From assembly GCA_019114785.1 (NCBI GenBank), contig DXEV01000168.1, positions 2,515 to 66,514 of the forward strand: DNA of 64,000 nt. Direction: 5' to 3'. Every line of letters starts with the position of its first letter. Positions within the stretch are counted from its first letter, which is position 1. This stretch comes from Candidatus Anaerobiospirillum pullistercoris. GTDB lineage: Bacteria; Pseudomonadota; Gammaproteobacteria; Enterobacterales; Succinivibrionaceae. The translations under genes and the position numbers were made by a program. This document shows, in pieces, positions 29,901 to 37,036 of the stretch. The notes beneath the pieces are model-generated. The model was not told the origin of the DNA. It made no database searches and saw only the letters and a program-made list of their open reading frames with translations.

Positions 29901-31961
29901 TTAGCTCTCCTGAGTTGTGATGTCGTGGATGATGGAAGAGATCATTACCTCCATGGACTCTAAGCACTGTAACCACTCATCAGGACTGACAGTGATAGTA
30001 CTCATGAAGCATGAAGGGCAGACTTTATTGCGGGTGAGATTGCGGTTATTGGTGCCCGCAATGACTTTGATACCTATGTTGTTGTTGTATTTCCCCGCAT
30101 TATAGGTTTGCTTGTCTGCTTGAGAGAGGGACTGAGGTTTGGTGGTGCAAATGGTGTTAATCTTGTATGTTGGTGCGTTGGCTCTATACGTGACCATGTT
30201 AGCCTCACGCTGCACACTGAAGTTTTTTAGCTCCTTTAAGTCCCAGAACTGCTCAGTACTGACTAAGAAGCAAGGATATATAGGGATGGCAGGGGAACTA
30301 GATGCTCTATTTTCGAGCAGATCTTTAAACATAGCAGGAAGCTTGAGAAGTAAGCTATCACGCTCAGATTCGTCACGTAAAGCACAGTGCATAGAATACA
30401 GTGGAACTAAGACGTGTTGTACGGGCTCCCTTAGATCTTGGATGGAAGAGACCTTGGTGAATAACAAGAAAGATGGGGCCGTTGGCATGAGTTGCAATGT
30501 CACTTGTGGCCATAATTGGGTAATAGTGTTAGGAAGCCCCATGGAGTTGAGCTTTTCTGAGCCGAAAGTGATCACTTCTACAGTGTAAACGGAGCTAGGG
30601 CTTTGAATTAAAAAAGGCCCAGCTTCGCAACCTAACTTGATACGGTGGCCGTTGATCTGCTCGCGGCTAATATGTACGTAGGACTTGCCGATGGTATTGA
30701 TCTGATACCCGTACTGTAAGGGCCATTGAGAGCTATCGGCTAGATCACAGAGTGCTGCATTGATGAGTAGATCGCAGATGTCCTGAAATAGGTTCTGTTG
30801 GCAGTAGATAGTCTTATCCAGATCTCGTTTCTCGTGGATGAGATCGAGGTACATTTGCCAGATCTTTTTGTAGTCAGGATCTTTTTGCAGCACAAAGTTT
30901 GGCTTAGGCAGCGATGGCTGACGAGGCACAGCGGCCAAGGGCGATTTCTGAGAGAGCTCTTGGCAGCGCTGCTTGAAGATATTCATCTGATGAGTGATAG
31001 AGGAGTTAGCCAAAGCGCGGTTGCGGTTGCTCTTATCCTTGATCTCAAGGATGTATTGGGTAGATTTAGTGATACAGCGCTCTAAGAAATCCTTAAGCAC
31101 ACGGTTTTCTAGTAGATTGTAGGTTTCTTCTTTAGCCAGACCTAAGAAACGCATTTTGTTCTTTTGGGCCTTTTCTCGCAGAGTATCGCCTTCGAGGCGC
31201 AATAAGTACTCAAGGCACTTACCGTCCATTGCGTTGATGCGCTCTACAGGCAACAGCTTGCGGGTGTTGATTAGGCTTTTGCGTAGCTTGGCAGCAATAC
31301 GGCTTAGTGGATCTGAGGCCTTTTCGGCGATAGCAAGAATACGTGATCTTGAGATTTGCTCGTCATTACCACAGTACTGACAGATCAGTCGATTAAGATC
31401 GGCAAAGCGCACCATCTGTACATCGGAAAAGTCGCTTGTTTGGTTGTAGTTGATGAGATAGTCAAAAAATGCGAGCCAGCGTTCGAGGTACTGAAAGTAA
31501 TGTGCCTCGGAATTATGGTCATTTTTGTCAGAGCTAACCAGCACAAAGTCGATATTTCCTATGTTTTGCCCATTATAGTGGATAGACAAAGGTAAGGTGA
31601 CTGCCGTTGTGGTTGGTGTGGAAGGCTCTGCCGTAAGCAGAGTTTGCTGAATGCTCTTTTGCAGCTTATAAGGTAAGCTACTGACGGAGATTAAAGATGG
31701 TAGCGTGTAGATGCCAATATTGAGAGCTTCTCCGGCATAGGCGTAGATAAAAGCTTTTTTCTTGAACTGGTAACTTTGGCCATCGCGCTCATAGCAGAGG
31801 GTTAGGGGTAATTCACTGCTATAGCTCTGCTCCCGAGTAGAGATGGGTAATATTAAGTAGGCACAAGTCACTGCACCATGAGTACTTGGGACAATGACTT
31901 TTTTGTCAGTGTCTCGATCGACTTTTAGTAGAGGAAAATCACTGAGAAAACCTGCTGTCAT
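29901..31961 (-). CDS. McrC/DUF2357-like partner protein (nuclease core not recognisable by eye)
   Basis: 'EETYNLLENRVLKDFLERC' matches the conserved (D/E)T.ENRfLK helix of McrC/DUF2357 proteins. 'PNFVLQKDPDYKKIWQMYLDLI' and 'NLFQDICDLLINAAL' resemble the segment that precedes the PD-(D/E)xK core in that family. It lies immediately downstream of the McrB-like gene. Confidence 0.55.
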   Translation of the reverse strand: MTAGFLSDFPLLKVDRDTDKKVIVPSTHGAVTCAYLILPISTREQSYSSELPLTLCYERDGQSYQFKKKAFIYAYAGEALNIGIYTLPSLISVSSLPYKLQKSIQQTLLTAEPSTPTTTAVTLPLSIHYNGQNIGNIDFVLVSSDKNDHNSEAHYFQYLERWLAFFDYLINYNQTSDFSDVQMVRFADLNRLICQYCGNDEQISRSRILAIAEKASDPLSRIAAKLRKSLINTRKLLPVERINAMDGKCLEYLLRLEGDTLREKAQKNKMRFLGLAKEETYNLLENRVLKDFLERCITKSTQYILEIKDKSNRNRALANSSITHQMNIFKQRCQELSQKSPLAAVPRQPSLPKPNFVLQKDPDYKKIWQMYLDLIHEKRDLDKTIYCQQNLFQDICDLLINAALCDLADSSQWPLQYGYQINTIGKSYVHISREQINGHRIKLGCEAGPFLIQSPSSVYTVEVITFGSEKLNSMGLPNTITQLWPQVTLQLMPTAPSFLLFTKVSSIQDLREPVQHVLVPLYSMHCALRDESERDSLLLKLPAMFKDLLENRASSSPAIPIYPCFLVSTEQFWDLKELKNFSVQREANMVTYRANAPTYKINTICTTKPQSLSQADKQTYNAGKYNNNIGIKVIAGTNNRNLTRNKVCPSCFMSTITVSPDEWLQCLESMEVMISSIIHDITTQES

Positions 31962-32054
31962 GGCTTCACATCTTGTCAGAAGAGTAGGGGCGGGCGCTGC
32001 CTAACGCTAACACTAGGCAGTGCCGTGGAGATGGTAGTAGAAAACACCAAAGAG

Positions 32055-35012
32055 TTAAGCTTGATCAATGGAGCGGCTGACGCCTCGCCATAAGAACATG
32101 CCGTTAGTTTCGTAGTTATCTTTGGCAATCTTAAAGGCTTTGATCAATTCTTCATCATGGGTGTCTCTAATCTCGTTGTCAATAGAGCTCAGACAGGTAT
32201 CGGATTTTTCGTTCTGCTCCAAACCAGCCAGTTTTGGAATGATTTTCATCTCGATTTGATCTGCCAGTGCTATCAAAGCGCTTTCTTCAGGATTAGCTGA
32301 GCTCTTAATGTCAGGGTACATTTGGATGTAATGGGTAATGGAATTGTTGACACGATAGCCAAAGGCTTTGCCCACACTATCCAAGGCGTTATTTAACGTG
32401 TTGATCTTTGAGCGCAGAGCTTCAGGGAAGTTATTTGGGAAGTTTTCTTGGCTACACCAGTCGTTGAAAGTATCGGCATTGACATAGATCTGTGACACTT
32501 TATCGTAGCGGATGTTATCCTCAAAGCTTTTTGGCTTACCGAAGTGCAGCACGTTGGCACGATCTAGCACTTTGTCGGATAGTGAGTATGTCGACTCATC
32601 GTCGTTCATGGTGCCGACAAATACAACATTGGAGCCAACGAAGAAGTCACGGCTATTAAGTTGGGTACCGATAGAGATCTTGCTCTTATCCTCAGGCTGA
32701 TTACGGTCAGTGCCGCGCAATTCCAGTTTTGAGAGGAACTCCGAGAAGTAGTACTCTACGCGGGCAAGGTTCATCTCATCGAGTATCACCATCATCATTG
32801 GAGAGTCGCTGTTGTTGCGGATCTGGTGGAAATAATACAAGGCCTTTACCAGTTCTGTTGGCTGATAGCGCTTCTCGAGGAAGTTATAGAAGCCAAGTAG
32901 GTCGTCCTTAGAGTCCCAACGTGGTTGTACGGCTACGTGCTCGCTGTAGAAATTGAAGAACTTAGCGTACTGCAGTGCCAGTTGGGTTTTACCTGTACCA
33001 CTTAAGCCTGCTAACACAGAGATCGGGTTAATGTTCTGCACCTTAAGTGACGTGTGGAATGCCTTAAGAGTACGAGGGGAATAGAAGAACCCTTCACCCT
33101 TTAAGTAGTCTTGGAATAGCTCTAAAGCGGTACCTTCGTCTTTTACCTCTGTGCCATCGAAGCGCTTTAAAAAATTCTCGATAGCAGCCGGTGTTTGCTC
33201 TAACTCCTCATAGGCAGTATTACTTGCTTCGACGGTGTGGGCACTCTTGGCTTTTTCCTCCAGAGCGGCTACTTCTTGCTGAAGCTGAGTTTTTTGTGCC
33301 GTGAGTTGGCTCTGAGTCGCCAGCTCCGAGGCTAGGTTTTGCATGGATTGCGATAAGGTGTCTTTGAGGTCGTCAAAGGCTTGCCCCAAGGTCTCGCTTA
33401 GCAGATTAGTACTTTGCTGTTCATTGACTTGCGATTGCAGGTCGTCAAGCTCATCCTGCTTTTTGGAGATCTGTCGTTTGAGGTTATCCAACTTGTTATT
33501 GAGCACTCTTTGTTGGTCATTGAGCTCATTCTGTCCGCTGATGCTAAAGATAGCATTGGACAGAGCCTCACTGATCTGTGAGGAGCTGCGCTGTTCATCG
33601 ACTTGAGATTGTAGGTCATCAAGTTCATCTTGCTTTTTGGAGATCTGGCGCTTGAGGTCATCTAACTTGTTATTGAGCACTCTTTGTTGGTCATTGAGCT
33701 CATTCTGTCCGTTGATGCTGGAGATAGCATTAGACAGAGCCTCACTGATCTGCGAAGAGCTGCGCTGTTCATCTAATTGAGCTTTTAGATCGTTAAGTTC
33801 TTTTTGTAGTGCTTTGGCGGCGCTGGCTTGATCGCTCTTAGCTTTTTCCAGAGCAAATACTTCTTGTTTGAGCTGATTTTTTTGCGCCGTAAGCAGGCTT
33901 TGCTCCCCTAGCTCCGAGGCTAGGTTTTGCATGGATTGCGACAGGGTGTCTTTAAGGTCATCGAAGGTTTGACCCAAGGTTTCGCTCAGCAGATTGTTGC
34001 TTTGCTGCTCATTGACTTGAGATTGCAAGTCGTCAAGTTCTTTTTGCTTGGCTGCTACATTATTTTTTAGCTCATTAAGCTGAGAAGTCAGCTTTCTGAA
34101 GTCGTTGGTATCCGACAGCTGCTCAAAAGCAGTGTTTAAGGCGTCTGAGAGCTGATTTTGATTGCTCTTATTGCTGATTTCTTCCTTAAGCTCGCTTAGC
34201 TTCTCTTCTTTTTCCTGTACTTGCTGGGACAGTTGTTCTAGCTTGGAGCTAAGCTCTTGTTCTTGCTGAGCACGGATCGCTTGCTCATTAAAGGAGGTGA
34301 AAGCCTTATTGATGGCGTCGTTGAGCTTACCTGTGTTGAGCTCTTTTTCCTGCTCTATCAGTCGAGCGGCGTTAACATCGTACTGCTTGCGCAGATCCTC
34401 AATCTCTTGTTGCAGTTTTTGGCTTTCAGACTTTAAATTCGAGTTGTCTGCGAGCTCAGAGAACATCTGGTTAAGAGAGTCCTTGGCTATACCACTGCTG
34501 AGCTTCTCGTTGACTTGATCAGAGAGCTCCTTGAGACGCTCTTCCTTGTCATTGATCTTTTGATCGAGCGCGTCTAGCTGTTCTTGCTGGTGGTTATTGA
34601 TAAAGTCCTTTAAGGCTTCACTTTTAGAGAGCTCACGGTCGAGATCCTGCAATTGCTGGAGCTTACCTTGGTACTCGCTGCCTAAGGCATTGAGCTGACC
34701 TTTTACCTGATCAATAGTCTCCTTATTGGCGGCAAATTGCTCATACTCACTTTTGATGCGGGCGGTCTGCTTTTCCACATCTTCCTTGAGACTTTGCTTT
34801 TCCTTTAGCTCAATTTCGAGATTTTGGACTTTTTTGAGCAGATCTTCATGATCGCCTTTAAGTTGTAGTCTGTAATCAAAGTGGGCGTTGATTCGGAAGT
34901 AGAAAAAGGCAAGAATAATGGAAAGGATAACGATAGCAACCGCACCTATTGCAAGGAAAAAGGAAGTGAGGTTGGTGGAAAGTATTGCGGACAAATCAGG
35001 TAAGTCAGACAT
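32055..35012 (-). CDS. McrB-family AAA+ GTPase/ATPase with N-terminal transmembrane anchor and ~600-aa coiled coil
   Basis: The TM segment is 'LTSFFLAIGAVAIVILSIILAFFYF' (aa 15-39). Heptad-rich K/E/Q/L sequence runs to about aa 600. The Walker A is 'LAGLSGTGKTQLALQYAKF' (nt 32985-33008, aa 669). 'QPRWDSKDDLLGFYN', 'MMVILDEMNLARVEYYFSEFLSKLE' and 'VFVGTMNDDESTYSLSDKVLDRANVLHF' form the McrB/AAA_5 signature set. Confidence 0.85.
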   Translation of the reverse strand: MSDLPDLSAILSTNLTSFFLAIGAVAIVILSIILAFFYFRINAHFDYRLQLKGDHEDLLKKVQNLEIELKEKQSLKEDVEKQTARIKSEYEQFAANKETIDQVKGQLNALGSEYQGKLQQLQDLDRELSKSEALKDFINNHQQEQLDALDQKINDKEERLKELSDQVNEKLSSGIAKDSLNQMFSELADNSNLKSESQKLQQEIEDLRKQYDVNAARLIEQEKELNTGKLNDAINKAFTSFNEQAIRAQQEQELSSKLEQLSQQVQEKEEKLSELKEEISNKSNQNQLSDALNTAFEQLSDTNDFRKLTSQLNELKNNVAAKQKELDDLQSQVNEQQSNNLLSETLGQTFDDLKDTLSQSMQNLASELGEQSLLTAQKNQLKQEVFALEKAKSDQASAAKALQKELNDLKAQLDEQRSSSQISEALSNAISSINGQNELNDQQRVLNNKLDDLKRQISKKQDELDDLQSQVDEQRSSSQISEALSNAIFSISGQNELNDQQRVLNNKLDNLKRQISKKQDELDDLQSQVNEQQSTNLLSETLGQAFDDLKDTLSQSMQNLASELATQSQLTAQKTQLQQEVAALEEKAKSAHTVEASNTAYEELEQTPAAIENFLKRFDGTEVKDEGTALELFQDYLKGEGFFYSPRTLKAFHTSLKVQNINPISVLAGLSGTGKTQLALQYAKFFNFYSEHVAVQPRWDSKDDLLGFYNFLEKRYQPTELVKALYYFHQIRNNSDSPMMMVILDEMNLARVEYYFSEFLSKLELRGTDRNQPEDKSKISIGTQLNSRDFFVGSNVVFVGTMNDDESTYSLSDKVLDRANVLHFGKPKSFEDNIRYDKVSQIYVNADTFNDWCSQENFPNNFPEALRSKINTLNNALDSVGKAFGYRVNNSITHYIQMYPDIKSSANPEESALIALADQIEMKIIPKLAGLEQNEKSDTCLSSIDNEIRDTHDEELIKAFKIAKDNYETNGMFLWRGVSRSIDQA
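33290..34025. repeat. Near-identical coding repeats in the coiled-coil region of the McrB-like gene
   Basis: A tandem 174-bp (58-aa) unit occurs twice; GAGCACTCTTTGTTGGTCATTGAGCTCATTCTGTCCG starts at 33501 and 33675. It is flanked by a ~130-bp dispersed repeat; GCTAGGTTTTGCATGGATTGCGA starts at 33331 and 33919, 588 bp apart. Confidence 0.85.
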
Positions 35013-35717
35013 AGCAGTGAGCGTAAGTTGGTTGTAAGCAGCAGCGCGCTGCTGGAGTGGTGTTGGTGTCGGTTAATGCCCGCCCGCTAAGGGTAGCAGG
35101 GCGGTAACAATATGGTAGCTGTTAAAAACTGGTATTGGACTTAAAGTGTGGATCCTTGTTGGAGTAGGTTTCAGGTAAGGACTTTGGATCGTACATGCAG
35201 GCTAAGCGGTGTGCTTTGCCAAGCTGCATTAAAGGGATTTCTAGTCGCTATTTTTCGCCCATTTTAATCCCAATAGAGGTGTTTGTAACTAGTGCTAAGA
35301 CACAGATGTGATAACGGCAAGCTTCAATATATGGGCTGTGTGTTCGGCAAGCGAGCGCTGGCGCGGAACAACATTGAGGTTTTGGCGGTGCCTGTTGGGT
35401 GGCGTGATTTTGGGCGGATGTTATGAGGTTGGGCAATGGTGCAGGGAGTAGTGACCGCGAGGGGCGAGCCTTGTGGTGGCTAGGGGCGGGCGCTTGGACT
35501 GTGTTTTTGGGGTGGGCGCTTGAGCCCAAGGGGCGGGCGCTGTGGCTGGCGCTGAGCCACGGCGGCAGCTTAATTCTTCAAAGCGTGACCTGTGCTCAAC
35601 TATTGCCCTCATTTTTTTGTTACGATAGCTGGTATGTAAGAGAGTCCTCTGGCCTGTGTCTCTTTGTCTTGCCTTGAGGCTACCTCTTGCTGGTTTTCCA
35701 CGTTGAGGAGCAATTTA

Positions 35718-36173
35718 ATGTTAGCTACTTCGCTTGAGCTCGCTACTAAATACGACTATTTAGCCGAAAAGTTCCAGAAGAGTATCGAGTGGTTAAAGAC
35801 CCACGATGCCACCAAGCTGGACAACGGCCGCTATGATATCTGCGACGGTGCCTTTGCCTTAGTCCAACGCTATGCCACCGTTCCTTTTGAGCAGATCCAG
35901 TTCGAGGCCCATAACGACTACTTCGATATCCAGTACTTAGCTCAAGGTATCGAGACCTTTAATGTGTGCTTACGTAAAGACTGCCAAGTCACTAAGGAAG
36001 ATGCTGCTTCTGATATGGTCTATCTGAGCACCCCTGAGGTCTACACCTCCGTGACTTTAAAGCCAGGTGAGTTTGCCATCGTTCCTCCTGAGGAGGGCCA
36101 CCAACCACGTATCGCTTATCAAGGCAAGAGCGTGGATGTGGTTAAGGTGGTAGTCAAAGTTGCTGTAGAATAG
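35718..36173 (+). CDS. nanQ: YhcH/YjgK/YiaL (DUF386) family protein, NanQ-like sialic-acid anomerase/accessory protein
   Basis: ATG at 35718 follows GAGGAG. It is a 151-aa cupin-like protein ('GRYDICDGAFALVQRY', 'HNDYFDIQYL', 'FAIVPPEEGHQP'). It sits next to the nan genes. Confidence 0.75.
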   Translation: MLATSLELATKYDYLAEKFQKSIEWLKTHDATKLDNGRYDICDGAFALVQRYATVPFEQIQFEAHNDYFDIQYLAQGIETFNVCLRKDCQVTKEDAASDMVYLSTPEVYTSVTLKPGEFAIVPPEEGHQPRIAYQGKSVDVVKVVVKVAVE

Positions 36174-36299
36174 GCTAACCAGTTACTACCAGCTGGCTTT
36201 GCTTTCTGTCAGACGTGGAGGTCTGGAAGAAAGCCTATGCTTCTTTTGGTTTTGGGCCGAGTGAGGTCGGTCTGAAATCGTGTGGAAAAGAACAAAAAG

Positions 36300-36335
36300 A
36301 AAGGCGCAAACCCGCAAGGGCCTGCGCCTTTTTCG
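36300..36335 (+). terminator. Intrinsic terminator downstream of nanQ
   Basis: AGGCGCA (36302-36308) pairs with TGCGCCT (36323-36329), with an inner CCC-GCAA-GGG. TTTTT follows. Confidence 0.75.
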
Positions 36336-36347
36336 CTTTAGTAGGAT

Positions 36348-36496
36348 CAGTGTTGAGGAAAACACCGATTATTAAGGAGGAGATCGATATTTGAGGATAA
36401 TATCGACCTAAGCCCTTTTAGGCGGCTTAGTTTCCTATCAGTCCGTCTTGAGGAATTAGACGAACAGACTGTTAGCTGCGAGGAAAACAGCTAAGC
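36348..36496 (+). ncRNA. Candidate CsrB/Rsm-type sponge RNA: four hairpins with GAGGA loops
   Basis: Four hairpins are present: 36350-36365 (loop GAGGAA), 36384-36406 (loop TGAGGAT), 36439-36471 (loop TGAGGAATT) and 36472-36494 (loop CGAGGAAAA). The stems differ in sequence while the loops are conserved. No promoter or 3' terminator was identified. Confidence 0.3.
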
Positions 36497-37036
36497 AATT
36501 CGGTCGTGATGGCTACAATATTCTAAAACCTGTAGAGGGTACTCTTCAGGGGCTTTCTAGGCTCAGTATACGCCCTATTTGCCTTATATATCGGCTTTAG
36601 CCTGATTAACTGAGATTTCTCCGCAAAAAGATCTCAGCCTATGGCCATTAATCCCGATTTTTAGCACTTTGTGTGCCGGTGCACACTTGTCTGACAATGT
36701 CTTATCTTTTGCAGTTTGATACACTGCTTTAGCGTGTTATTTATCAGATTCTAGCACTAACTTGTATGGCCTAAATTCATTATAGCTTAACCTGTAAGGA
36801 CTGGCGTAAACGCTTAAGTCGTAAGCGTTATCGGCGCTTAGAAAGGCAGGCATAGTTTGGTGGGCTTTGGCTTTGCCTTGGCTTTGGTGGCTCTGGGCAG
36901 TTTATACGCGGCAAATAGCCCCAGAGAGGCTGGGGCTTGCGATTATGTAGGGATTTAGTCTGTTTTGGGGCGCTTGTGAGCGCGTGGCGCGCTGAGCTCA
37001 GAGCGCAGTGCTGAGCTGCGCTGCACGGCGCTGGGG

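Noticed and set aside
20249-35717. Searched the island borders for integrase, transposase, tRNA/tmRNA attachment sites, or long direct or inverted terminal repeats that would define a mobile element.
   Set aside because: None was seen. The island cannot be called a mobile element on sequence evidence in this window.
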